A stretch of 64,000 nt of DNA from Bacteroidota bacterium (GTDB lineage: Bacteria; Bacteroidota; Bacteroidia; NS11-12g; UBA955), in the NCBI GenBank assembly GCA_016868785.1, contig VGFS01000007.1, positions 4,967 to 68,966 on the forward strand, in the 5' to 3' direction. Position numbers and translations under genes: made by a program. The notes under the pieces were generated by a model, which had not been told where the DNA came from, did not search any database, and saw only the letters and a program-made list of their open reading frames with translations. This document shows, piece after piece, positions 1 to 9,202 of this stretch; position 1 is the first letter of the stretch, and every line of letters starts with the position of its first letter.

Positions 1-486
1 GTTGTTCACAGTGAACTTGATGCGGATGGAATCGTTACCAACAGCGCCAGACTCTTGCAAGATGAACATGTTACCAATCCAGTTAGAATCGTTCAACAAT
101 TGGAACCAAGACTCAGCACCATCGGTGTGGGCTTTGGTTTTTACCCAAGAAGAAATGGTCACTGACTTCAAGCCGCTGATGGCAGAACTCACGCCGCTGT
201 ATACAACATAACCGTTGCTAGCACCGCTCCAAGCTTGACCTTTGGCACCTGCTACGAAGCTTGTACCTGAAGCGGTCCCGCCAGTGATGTTGCCTTTGGC
301 ATCATTTACGTTGTTTTCGAATGAGAATTTCGCTACCAAGTTAGCTGCAGCTACTTCGTCTGAGGCGGTGTAACCACCGGTGTTGTTGTCGTCGTCTGGA
401 GTGTCATCGCCACATGAAGTCACGGTGAATGTCAAGGCAAAAGCCGCGAAAAGCACTGCCAATGGGAATAATTTGATTTTTTTCAT
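1..486 (-). CDS. PUL-associated surface lipoprotein with LamG/concanavalin-like region (N-terminal 162 aa; C-terminus off the left edge)
   Basis: Not in the ORF track because no stop lies in the window. Manual translation from the ATG (complement of 484-486) gives MKKIKLFPLAVLFAAFALTFTVTSCGDDTPDDD, a lipoprotein signal plus Cys. The frame stays open to position 1 with KFSFENNVNDAKGNITGGTASGTSFVAGAKGQAWSG...SVTISSWVK, typical of LamG-type lectin folds. Lies directly downstream of susD. Confidence 0.6.
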   Translation of the reverse strand, partial: MKKIKLFPLAVLFAAFALTFTVTSCGDDTPDDDNNTGGYTASDEVAAANLVAKFSFENNVNDAKGNITGGTASGTSFVAGAKGQAWSGASNGYVVYSGVSSAISGLKSVTISSWVKTKAHTDGAESWFQLLNDSNWIGNMFILQESGAVGNDSIRIKFTVNN

Positions 487-511
487 AGATATTTCTGATT
501 AGGTTTTGTTT

Positions 512-2011
512 TTAATAGCCAGGGTTTTGGGTCATTTTACCTCCGGAGAGGTCGATTTGACGCTGGGGTATTGGGTACAAGTCATGCACCCCATCGATAT
601 AGTTTTTGCCAGTAGCGCGCATCACCGCACCGGCTCGGCCTTGTCGTCTTAGATCAAAAACACGGTCGTGCTCCATGGCCAATTCCACAAATCGCTCTTT
701 CCATATGGCATCGCGGATGTCGGACTGCGAAGCGGCCGTGGAATTGGGCAATCCGGCCCGGTTTCTCACCAAATTCAGGGATTTGAGGGCGTCGGTGGTT
801 TTGCCATTTTCATTGGCGGCTTCGGCATGGATTAACAGGATATCGGCATACCGCAGAACCCGCAAGTTTTTGTTGGCAAACCAGTCGTCTTTTCCCCAGC
901 TTTCCATGGTTTTCGATACATAACTCTTGTAGTTGTATCGGGCGTTGGGCGCGGTTTGAGGGCATTCGTAACCATCCCACAACACATCGCCGCGAGAAAA
1001 ATAGGTGGCCCCTTTTCTTAAGTCGCCCGATTCAAAAGCATCCACCAAGGTTTGGGTGGGTGTATTGAAACCCCAGCCCAATCCACCCGCACCGCGGGGG
1101 GCTTGCACCACGAAATATCCTTCTAGGGCTTTGGCAGGGGCTGTTCCTTTGCAGTTGATTTCCCAAATAGATTCCGAGCAAAATTCTCCCACCTCACGGA
1201 ACAATTTGCTGTAATCGGCGTACAAACTGTAGGTTCCGCTGTTGATGAGTTCGGCGCAGAGCGATTCTGCTTTGCCATAGCGCTTGCGGTACAACGACGA
1301 TTTGGCCAACAAGGCTTTGGCAGCACCCGCGCTAACCCTTCCTGCTTGGTCCGATAAATAACTGGCTGGCAAAACTGTGGCCGCAAATTCTAGGTCGGCA
1401 TCGATGAAATCGTAAACTTGATCGGCGGTTGCGCGGTAGTTCAACGCTGCAATTTCGGCTTCTGTGGTTGGCACTTTCGGAATCAAGGGCACTCCCCCGA
1501 AACTGCGAACCAGGTTCCAGTAAAAATAGGCGCGCAAAAACCGGGATTCGCCCATGAGTCGTTCGCGCAAACTGCTGTTGATATCCAATTTGGGCAACAT
1601 ATCGATGGCTTTGTTCGCCCTGGCGATGCCTTCAAAATTTGATTCCCAAACTTCTCCAAAACTGAGCGAGGTTGCACTCCAACTCAATTTTTCGAATTGG
1701 TCTTTGTCGGTGCCAGTATCGCCCGGATCGCTGCCTTTATCTCCTTCGTCTGAGGCGATGGAGGTCATGCCGAGCCAAGAGAAGCTGTGTTGCTGCCAAT
1801 CGTACAATTTGCTATATACGGCGGTCACAAGTTCTTGGGCCGCATTGGCGGTAGAGTTGAAGTAGTCATCGGGGGTTTGAACCCGGGGTGTTTCGTCCAA
1901 GAAACTTTTGCGACATCCCGTGAAGGCGATGCCCAACGAGGCGAGGGCCAATGTACCGATGGCGATGGTTTTCGCGGTTTTCAATGGGGTCATTTTGCGT
2001 TGGAATTTCAT
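512..2011 (-). CDS. susD: RagB/SusD family nutrient-binding outer membrane lipoprotein
   Basis: 499 aa with an ATG start. Lipoprotein signal (AFTGCRKSF). SusD-like conserved stretches (RAYFYWNLVRSFGGVPL, LRYADILLIHAEA, ERFVELAMEHDRVFDLRR). 3-nt gap after susC. Confidence 0.9.
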   Translation of the reverse strand: MKFQRKMTPLKTAKTIAIGTLALASLGIAFTGCRKSFLDETPRVQTPDDYFNSTANAAQELVTAVYSKLYDWQQHSFSWLGMTSIASDEGDKGSDPGDTGTDKDQFEKLSWSATSLSFGEVWESNFEGIARANKAIDMLPKLDINSSLRERLMGESRFLRAYFYWNLVRSFGGVPLIPKVPTTEAEIAALNYRATADQVYDFIDADLEFAATVLPASYLSDQAGRVSAGAAKALLAKSSLYRKRYGKAESLCAELINSGTYSLYADYSKLFREVGEFCSESIWEINCKGTAPAKALEGYFVVQAPRGAGGLGWGFNTPTQTLVDAFESGDLRKGATYFSRGDVLWDGYECPQTAPNARYNYKSYVSKTMESWGKDDWFANKNLRVLRYADILLIHAEAANENGKTTDALKSLNLVRNRAGLPNSTAASQSDIRDAIWKERFVELAMEHDRVFDLRRQGRAGAVMRATGKNYIDGVHDLYPIPQRQIDLSGGKMTQNPGY

Positions 2012-2014
2012 GGG

Positions 2015-4792
2015 TTAGAATTGAATGGACAAACCGGTGAGGAAAGTTGATGAAGTAGGGTAGATGTCGAGTTCTATGCCTGCGTCGGCCGGACCTCCGG
2101 GTAATTCAGCACTGAATCCGCTGAATTTTTTCCAGGTGAGGGCGTTTTGTGCGGTGATAAAGAATCGGTATCCCTGAACTTTTGATTTTTTGGCGATGCG
2201 GGCGGGCAAGTTGTAGCCCAAAGTGAAGTTGTTTAGGCGCAGATAGCTTCCGCTTTCCACAAAGTAATCGGTGGGTTTGGGAACGCCATTGAAGGCCCGT
2301 GGATTGGTATTGCTGGGCTTGGCGGGTGTCCAACGCACATCGGCCACAGATTTTTCTACGTTGTAATTACCCCCGTAGCGGACGGTTTTCTTGCCGTTGA
2401 ATACTTTGTTACCGAAGTTGCCGAGGATATCGAGGTTCAGATCCCATTGTTTGTATTTGAAGTTTCCGTTGATACCCATGTAGCATTTGGGTTGGTAAGA
2501 GCCTACGTAAATTCGGTCGAGGTCGTTGAGTTTGCCATCGCCATTTTGGTCCACGATGCGGAAATCGCCCGGTTGTGCGCCCAAGAAATGCGGGGCGGCA
2601 TCGATTTCGGCCTCGGTTTGGAAAATGCCGTTGGTTTCGTATACCCAGAAGCTGCCGATGGGCTGTCCGGCCGCCACCCTAGTGGCAAATTCGCCGTTGC
2701 GCAAGCTGCCGAAATTGGTGGGTAGACCGCTGCCCAATCCCAACACTTTGTTTTGGTTGAAGGTGGCATTGGCACCGATGCTGTAGTTGAATGGGCCTTT
2801 GCTGTTTTTGTTGTATCGCACCGAAACCTCCAAACCGCGGTTCAAGATATCGGCGGCATTGGTGAGCATGGAATTGTTGTTGTCGCCCAACCCGCCAGGC
2901 AAGGGTATGTTGAATAGGGCGCCGAGGGTTTTTTTGTTGTAAAAATCGATGACTCCGGCGATGTGTCCGTTGATGGCTTCGAAGTCGATCCCCAAATCAA
3001 TTTCTTCTGTGGTTTCCCATTTCAAGTTGGGGTCTTTGATCTCTGCGATGGTAGAGCCCATGGATACTTGATTACCGAAAACGGCACTTAGGCCTGTGCT
3101 CAACAGTGTCACGAATTCTGATGGGTTGATGCGGTCGTTGCCCACACGGCCCCAGCTTCCACGCACTTTCAGCATGTTGATGCTGCGCACATTTTTCATG
3201 AAGTTTTCGTTGCTCACCATCCAGCCCAGACCCACCGAAGGGAAATTACCCCAGCGATTTTGGGTGGGGAATTTTGAAGATCCATCGCGTCTGAAAGAGG
3301 CGTTTAACAGGTATTTTCCTTGGTAATTGTAGCTTACGCGGCTCAGGAAAGATTCGCGGCGACCGTAATCAGCGATGGGGCGTTGGTAGTTGATGGTGCC
3401 CAAAACGGCGTCGCGGCCGGTGTTCAAGTAGCGGTATTGCTGCGCAAACGGAACGCCATCGAGTTTAAAGGATTGCTCAAAACCATCGTAGCGCTCAGCG
3501 GTATGGCCTGCCAAAATGGAAAGGTGGTGTCCTTTTTTCAATGAAGGCGTATAGGTCAGCGTGTTGTCCCAAATCCACCGATATTTTTCCATCTCACTTT
3601 GGGTGAGGGTGGTGGTGTCGTATTTCTGCGTGGCAGAAACCCGATATTTTTGCTGATAGTTGGCGCCTCTACTGTTGTCGTAATCGAGTCCAAAAGCGCT
3701 GCGGAAACTCAGGTTCTTTTTCAGTTTTAGGTCGCCATAGAAATTGCTCATGAAGCGGTTGCCCCAGGTTTTGTCATCGGTGAGTTCGAGTTTGGCCAAG
3801 GGGTTGCCCACATCCGATAGTGGGGTGAATCCGTAGGTGCCATCGGGGTTTTTGGCGTTGTAAATGGGGGCGGCGTTATAGGCGTCGGTGAATAAACTGA
3901 ATGGTTTGTTGTTGGAATTCCAGCGCGTGATGCCAATGTTGTTGCCGAATTTGAGTCGGTCCGATACCCGATATTCATTGTTTGATCGAATCGATACCCG
4001 CTCATAGCTATTGTCGTTCAGAATCCCATTTTCGTTGAAGTAGTTTACCGAGAACAGGTAGGAGGTTGCTTCGGTGCCGCCGGAGATGCTCAGGTTGTGG
4101 TTGTTCATGTTTCCGGGGCGTGTGAGTGTGGCGTACCAATCGGTTTCGCCTGTGATATCGCTGGGCAGTACGGCGAATGTGCCGGCGGCCTCGTTGGAAT
4201 ATTTTGAGAAGGTGCCAGGGCGGGCCATGGCGATTTTGTTCGACATCAATTTAACCCCGGCATAACCGTCGTAACTGAGTTTGGGTTTCCCCGATCCTCC
4301 GCGTTTGGTGGTGATGAGTATGACCCCATTGGATGCGCGAACCCCGTAAATGGCGGTGGAAGAGGCATCTTTAAGCACATCGATGGTGAGGATGTCTGCG
4401 GTGTTGATGTTGCGAATGTCATCGGTAATCACACCATCTACTACGTACAAAGGTTCTGCACCACCAATGACCGACCCCGTTCCACGAATCCTCACAGTAG
4501 GCGCTGATCCTGGGGCGCCAGAGTTGGTGATTTGAACACCGGCCATTTTGGATTGGAGGGCTTGAGAGGCCGTGAGCACGGGCTGCTGCATGATTTCAGC
4601 GCCTTTGATCGACGACACGGCTCCAGTTATGTCCTTTTTCTTGGCAGTGGCATATCCGATAACCACGGCTTGTTCCATGGGTTTCTCGATGCTGTCTTGG
4701 GTGGATTTGGTGTCGTTATTGGCCGAAATTTGGGCTTGGCTAAATCCCAAGGTTGCGGCGGTTATACCAATCAAGAGTAGGTGTTTTTTCAT
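2015..4792 (-). CDS. susC: SusC/RagA family TonB-dependent outer membrane transporter
   Basis: 925 aa. A signal peptide is followed immediately by the plug region (VIGYATAKKKDITGAV, TVRIRGTGS, PLYVVDGV). The beta-barrel ends in a terminal Phe (LSIQF). Paired with susD. No N-terminal carboxypeptidase-regulatory-like or STN extension is visible. Confidence 0.9.
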   Translation of the reverse strand: MKKHLLLIGITAATLGFSQAQISANNDTKSTQDSIEKPMEQAVVIGYATAKKKDITGAVSSIKGAEIMQQPVLTASQALQSKMAGVQITNSGAPGSAPTVRIRGTGSVIGGAEPLYVVDGVITDDIRNINTADILTIDVLKDASSTAIYGVRASNGVILITTKRGGSGKPKLSYDGYAGVKLMSNKIAMARPGTFSKYSNEAAGTFAVLPSDITGETDWYATLTRPGNMNNHNLSISGGTEATSYLFSVNYFNENGILNDNSYERVSIRSNNEYRVSDRLKFGNNIGITRWNSNNKPFSLFTDAYNAAPIYNAKNPDGTYGFTPLSDVGNPLAKLELTDDKTWGNRFMSNFYGDLKLKKNLSFRSAFGLDYDNSRGANYQQKYRVSATQKYDTTTLTQSEMEKYRWIWDNTLTYTPSLKKGHHLSILAGHTAERYDGFEQSFKLDGVPFAQQYRYLNTGRDAVLGTINYQRPIADYGRRESFLSRVSYNYQGKYLLNASFRRDGSSKFPTQNRWGNFPSVGLGWMVSNENFMKNVRSINMLKVRGSWGRVGNDRINPSEFVTLLSTGLSAVFGNQVSMGSTIAEIKDPNLKWETTEEIDLGIDFEAINGHIAGVIDFYNKKTLGALFNIPLPGGLGDNNNSMLTNAADILNRGLEVSVRYNKNSKGPFNYSIGANATFNQNKVLGLGSGLPTNFGSLRNGEFATRVAAGQPIGSFWVYETNGIFQTEAEIDAAPHFLGAQPGDFRIVDQNGDGKLNDLDRIYVGSYQPKCYMGINGNFKYKQWDLNLDILGNFGNKVFNGKKTVRYGGNYNVEKSVADVRWTPAKPSNTNPRAFNGVPKPTDYFVESGSYLRLNNFTLGYNLPARIAKKSKVQGYRFFITAQNALTWKKFSGFSAELPGGPADAGIELDIYPTSSTFLTGLSIQF

Positions 4793-4854
4793 CGATGAAG
4801 CGGTTCTGTTGTTTCAAATTACACCATGGATGCCCCACAGTGGGACGCAATTTA

Positions 4855-4871
4855 TATAATTGTCAATTATA
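4855..4871. promoter_or_regulatory. Perfect 17-bp palindrome TATAATTG-T-CAATTATA in the susC / M4-protease divergent intergenic region (candidate operator)
   Basis: Read directly: 4855-4862 is tataattg, 4863 is t, and 4864-4871 is caattata, the exact reverse complement. Lies in the 153-bp AT-rich divergent region. Confidence 0.35.
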
Positions 4872-4932
4872 CAACATCTAAAATTTGAAAAAAATTCTGA
4901 AATTTAGAACGGGTTTAAATAATTGTTTTTTG

Positions 4933-4940
4933 TAGATTTG
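4933..4940 (+). promoter_or_regulatory. Bacteroidota -7 promoter box TAGATTTG (TAnnTTTG) upstream of the M4 protease gene
   Basis: Exact TAnnTTTG match ending 5 nt before the ATG at 4946. No well-spaced -33 TTTG was found. Confidence 0.3.
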
Positions 4941-4945
4941 GCAAC

Positions 4946-7900
4946 ATGGTAAAATCCGCATTTCGATTGTATAGCATTGCGTTGGCAGGTTTGGTGATGC
5001 CGCTGTTGTATGGTCAGGTGCCAACGGTGGGACAGTATCCGCATCCGGTGTTAAAAAATCCGCAACTGGTTATTTTTTCGGAAGAAAATCGACCAGATTT
5101 TGAGGGTTGGACATCCATCGTGCAGAAGTTGGGCAAGTATGGGGTAGACAGTCGGTGGGTGGTTTACAGTGTGTTGAACGACGATTTGGGGATGACGCAT
5201 TACCGGGTTCGACACTACTACAAGTCTGTGCCTGTGCAATTGTCAATGGGGATTTTGCACACCAAACAAGGACAGTTGGTTTCATTGAATGGTGATTTTG
5301 TGTCGGAGAATCAATTTGCAGGCCGGGTAGTGTTGACGCAAGAGCAAGCACGAGCGAAGGCGTTGCAATTTTTACCAGCGGAAAAATACTATTGGCAAGA
5401 TCCAGCGCAGAATGAGGCGTTGCAATTGGCTACGGGGGTGAAAGACACTACCTATTTTCCGGAGGGTAGTTTGAGTTATTGTCCGAAAGACTTCAATTTA
5501 TCGGGCACCCATCGTTTGGGATATCGGTTCGATGTTTTGGCGAGTGAGCCATTGGCGGGCAAAACGATATGGGTGGATGCAGAAACGGGGGAGGTATTGG
5601 CCAGCAGTGATTTGATCTTGCACACCGATGTAAAGGCGACGGCTGTGACGAAATACAGTGGTACGAAATCGATTACGGTAGACAGTTTATCGGCGAGTTC
5701 TTATCGCTTGCGCGAATCGGGCAGGGGCAAAGGCATTGAAACGTACGACTTGAAAAAGGGGACAACCTACAGCTCGGCGGTTGATTTTACGGATGTAGAC
5801 AAAACTTGGAACAATGTGAATGCGGCGAAAGATGAGGTGGCTACGGACGCGCATTGGGGTGCGGAAATGACTTACGATTATTTTAGTACGGAGCACAGTC
5901 GCAATAGTTTTGACAACAACGGAGCAAAGATTTTGAGTTATATCCATTACAGCAGCAATTACAACAATGCATTTTGGAATGGCAGTGTGATGACCTATGG
6001 CGATGGTGATGGCTCGCGATTTACGCCTTTAACGGCATTGGATGTTTGCGGGCATGAGATTGCGCATGCGGTAACGACCAATACGGCCAATTTGGTGTAT
6101 TCCTATGAGAGTGGGGCGCTGAACGAGAGTTTTAGCGATGTTTTCGGTCAATCGATTGAGATTTGGGCGAGACCGACCCAGTGGAATTGGAAAATAGGGG
6201 AGGATATTACGCCCAGCGGCAATGGCATTCGTAATATGGCGGATCCGAGTGCAACGGGTTATAATCAGCCCAAGTTTTACAAGGGGAACAAATGGTATAC
6301 AGGAACGGGCGACAACGGTGGGGTTCATTATAATAGTGGTGTACAGAATTATTGGTATTATTTGTTGGTTCAGGGAGCGAGCGGCACCAATGAAAAGGGG
6401 TGGAATTTTTCGATTGGTTCACTGGGGTTGGCCAAAGCCAGTAAAATTGCTTACCGCAATTTGAGTGTGTATTTGACCAGCAGCTCACAGTATGCCGATG
6501 CGCGCACGTTTAGTATTTTGTCGACCGCGGATTTGTACGGTCAGTGTAGCAACGAAGTGGTTCAAGTAACGAATGCTTGGTGGGTGTGTGGTGTTGGAAA
6601 CAAGTATGATTCAGGATACGTGAAGGCTGATTTTACAGGAGATACCCTGTCGTGCAGAACGGGCGTGGCGATGAAGTTTTTAAATCGGTCAGACAATAAT
6701 AAAAGCAGTTTGTGGTCGTTCGGAGATGGCAACACCAGCGTGGCAACCAACCCAACCAATGCCTACGGTGCTTATGGCAAATATTCTGTGAAGTTGGTGG
6801 TGGAGTCTTGTTTTAAGGGTTTCAAAGATTCGATAACCAAGGTGCAGTATGTAAAGGTGGATAGCACTTACGACATCTGCAAGGCGTTTTTATTGCCAAA
6901 AACGGGGAGCGACAGTGCCATTGGGTGCAGGGGTTTTGTTTACGATGATGGGGGCGAGGGGAATTACGGCGGGAACAAGGTGGTGCGGTTTGATTTGAAG
7001 TTGCCGGGGGCGGATAGTGTGAGGTATCGCTTCAGGTTATTAGACTATGAGAGCGGTTATGATTCGGTGGTGGTTTATAAAAACAGTGTATCGGGTGCGA
7101 ATCGATTGGGGAAATTTACAGGGAATGTGTTGCCATTTGCGGGAGCATGGATTGCGGAGGCGGCCAATCGGTTGATTTTTATTCAGTACTCTGACCCGAT
7201 GTTGGAGGGGAAAGGATTTAAGGTAGAATATGAGGGGGTGTTTAACCCGGTGTTGGCGAGTTTGGGTAAGGATACGGTGATTTGCTCGGGAAGGGCGGTG
7301 AATTTGGTTGCGGCCGCCGCAGGCGGCCGCAACTCTGGCTATTCATACAGCTGGACAGGCCCCGGCCTGTCTGGTGGTGGCAATGCCAAGCTGGTGACGC
7401 CCGCCGCCACGCAACAATATTCTGTGGCGGTTTGGGAGGGATGTGCCCTTACACCCACCACCGTTACAAAAACGGTCTATGTGAAACCCCCGTTGGCGGT
7501 GAAAATTTCACAGTCTGATACAGCCGTTTGTATCGGACAAACCATGTACCTCACTGCCAAAGCATCGGGTGGCGATACCGCTGGCTATACCTATCTGTGG
7601 TCGAATGGTTTGGGAACTTCGGCCCTGGCAAACATAATACTCGCCGATACCCTTCAGGTTTCTGTGACGGTTTCTGATGGCTGCTCGGTGGTCTCTGCCA
7701 AGGACTCTGCGCGTTTGGATACCTACCTGCCCTTGATTATGTCGGTGTCGAACGATACCACCGTCTGCGTAGGTCAATATGTGGATCTGTTGGCAACGAT
7801 TTATGGCGGAAACCGATTGCATGGTGGCGGGGCCTATGTGTTGGATTGGAGCAACGGCGTAAAAGCTGGTTCTATCCATGTGATTCCAAGCACCACCACT

Positions 7901-9190
7901 AAGTATTATGTGGAGGGCAGTGAAGGCTGTTCGCCCAACGTATTGGACTCAGTGTTGGTTACGGTAAGAAACCCCTTGTATTTGAGTCCGATCGCCGATA
8001 CCACCCTTTGTCACGGACAAACCTATTCGGTTCAATTGATTGATACCGGCGGATTGGCATCGTCGAGGAAGATCGTTTGGGACAGTACATCGCTCAGTGG
8101 AAACAACGTGGTGGTTAACCCCATGACGGTAGGCACGACCAACTATCGGGTGCATGTGGAGGACGGTTGCACGGTGGAAAATGACACCATTCAATTTGCA
8201 GTTACGCGGAGATCGCCTTTGTCGGGTAGCCTTGCTTTGAGCGATACAATATTGTGCTTAGGCGATGTTACGGATGTGCTGATGTCGGCCAGCGGCGGAA
8301 GAACGTCTACATTGACTTGGCAACTGGATGGTGTGTCAACAACGCAGACGGTGCAAACCGATAATCCGTTGGCAACCAAAGTTTATACCTTGTTGGTAGA
8401 GGATGGATGTTCGATTCCTTTTGTGGATACCATTGGTGTGATTGTGTCGGGGGCCAAAATTAATTTGAGTTTGGCGACTTTTGACTCGGTGATTTGCGCT
8501 GGGGGAACGTATGCCTTTTTCGATGTGAAGGGTACCGGAGGATTTGCGCCATTGGGGTATTTGTGGGATGATCCCGCGAAGCAAACCACCGCGAAAGCTT
8601 CAGGTTTGGGCAAGGGAAAATATACTTTGAGGGTGGTAGATGCGCAGGGTTGTAAGGATTCATTGGTATTGATGGTTCAGGAATTTGTATCGCCCATGAA
8701 GTCATTGAAAGACACGGTGATTTCGCGGGGAAGCATGGCCCGATTGTATGCCCGTAACGGACAACAATGGCGGTGGTCGCCCAAGACATTCATGATGGGC
8801 AGTGATACTTTGTGGCAGGTGTTGGTACGACCAACAGACAGTCTGCAATACCATTTGTTGGCCTTGGACAGCAATGGTTGTTTGTTCAGGGATTCGATGT
8901 GGGTGAGGGTGGTAGATCCCGAGGTGTTGAGGATTCCGAACATCATCACACCGAATGGCGATGGCGACAATGATTTTTGGGATTTGTATGAGTTGTTTGA
9001 GTACGATCAACGCAGGGTGAATATTTACAATCGCGCTGGGGAGTTGGTGTATTCAACTGGGGCTTACAAGAACAAATGGGACGGGAAGGATAACCAGGGT
9101 GTTGACTTGCCGGTAGGGGTTTATTTCTACCATTTGAAGCACAATGTAACGGGCGAGGAGCATCGTGGTTTTGTGCAAATTATGCGCTGA
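4946..9190 (+). CDS. Secreted multidomain M4 (thermolysin-like) zinc metalloprotease with PKD, CUB-like and six Ig-like repeats and a T9SS type B C-terminal sorting domain
   Basis: 1414 aa with an ATG start and a signal peptide. HEIAH zinc motif at 6053-6067, followed by GALNESFSDVFG (thermolysin glutamate motif). PKD-like WSFGDGNTS...YGKYSVKLVV. CUB-like GCRGFVYDDGGEGNYGGN...YDSVVVY. Six repeats of about 80 aa. C-terminus IPNIITPNGDGDNDFWDL...GVYFYHL matches the gliding-motility-associated / type B CTD. Confidence 0.85.
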   Translation: MVKSAFRLYSIALAGLVMPLLYGQVPTVGQYPHPVLKNPQLVIFSEENRPDFEGWTSIVQKLGKYGVDSRWVVYSVLNDDLGMTHYRVRHYYKSVPVQLSMGILHTKQGQLVSLNGDFVSENQFAGRVVLTQEQARAKALQFLPAEKYYWQDPAQNEALQLATGVKDTTYFPEGSLSYCPKDFNLSGTHRLGYRFDVLASEPLAGKTIWVDAETGEVLASSDLILHTDVKATAVTKYSGTKSITVDSLSASSYRLRESGRGKGIETYDLKKGTTYSSAVDFTDVDKTWNNVNAAKDEVATDAHWGAEMTYDYFSTEHSRNSFDNNGAKILSYIHYSSNYNNAFWNGSVMTYGDGDGSRFTPLTALDVCGHEIAHAVTTNTANLVYSYESGALNESFSDVFGQSIEIWARPTQWNWKIGEDITPSGNGIRNMADPSATGYNQPKFYKGNKWYTGTGDNGGVHYNSGVQNYWYYLLVQGASGTNEKGWNFSIGSLGLAKASKIAYRNLSVYLTSSSQYADARTFSILSTADLYGQCSNEVVQVTNAWWVCGVGNKYDSGYVKADFTGDTLSCRTGVAMKFLNRSDNNKSSLWSFGDGNTSVATNPTNAYGAYGKYSVKLVVESCFKGFKDSITKVQYVKVDSTYDICKAFLLPKTGSDSAIGCRGFVYDDGGEGNYGGNKVVRFDLKLPGADSVRYRFRLLDYESGYDSVVVYKNSVSGANRLGKFTGNVLPFAGAWIAEAANRLIFIQYSDPMLEGKGFKVEYEGVFNPVLASLGKDTVICSGRAVNLVAAAAGGRNSGYSYSWTGPGLSGGGNAKLVTPAATQQYSVAVWEGCALTPTTVTKTVYVKPPLAVKISQSDTAVCIGQTMYLTAKASGGDTAGYTYLWSNGLGTSALANIILADTLQVSVTVSDGCSVVSAKDSARLDTYLPLIMSVSNDTTVCVGQYVDLLATIYGGNRLHGGGAYVLDWSNGVKAGSIHVIPSTTTKYYVEGSEGCSPNVLDSVLVTVRNPLYLSPIADTTLCHGQTYSVQLIDTGGLASSRKIVWDSTSLSGNNVVVNPMTVGTTNYRVHVEDGCTVENDTIQFAVTRRSPLSGSLALSDTILCLGDVTDVLMSASGGRTSTLTWQLDGVSTTQTVQTDNPLATKVYTLLVEDGCSIPFVDTIGVIVSGAKINLSLATFDSVICAGGTYAFFDVKGTGGFAPLGYLWDDPAKQTTAKASGLGKGKYTLRVVDAQGCKDSLVLMVQEFVSPMKSLKDTVISRGSMARLYARNGQQWRWSPKTFMMGSDTLWQVLVRPTDSLQYHLLALDSNGCLFRDSMWVRVVDPEVLRIPNIITPNGDGDNDFWDLYELFEYDQRRVNIYNRAGELVYSTGAYKNKWDGKDNQGVDLPVGVYFYHLKHNVTGEEHRGFVQIMR
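7262..8683 (+). repeat. Six tandem protein-level repeats of about 80-82 aa (Ig-like / SprB-like, pattern DTxxCxG...GG...Y.W...GC) inside the M4 protease gene
   Basis: In-frame unit starts at 7262, 7508, 7748, 7991, 8234 and 8474 (spacing 240-246 nt). Each unit opens with D-T/S-x-I/V-C-x-G and ends with a DGC/EGC motif. DNA identity between units is low. Confidence 0.7.
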
Positions 9191-9202
9191 TGACGGGATA
9201 CG

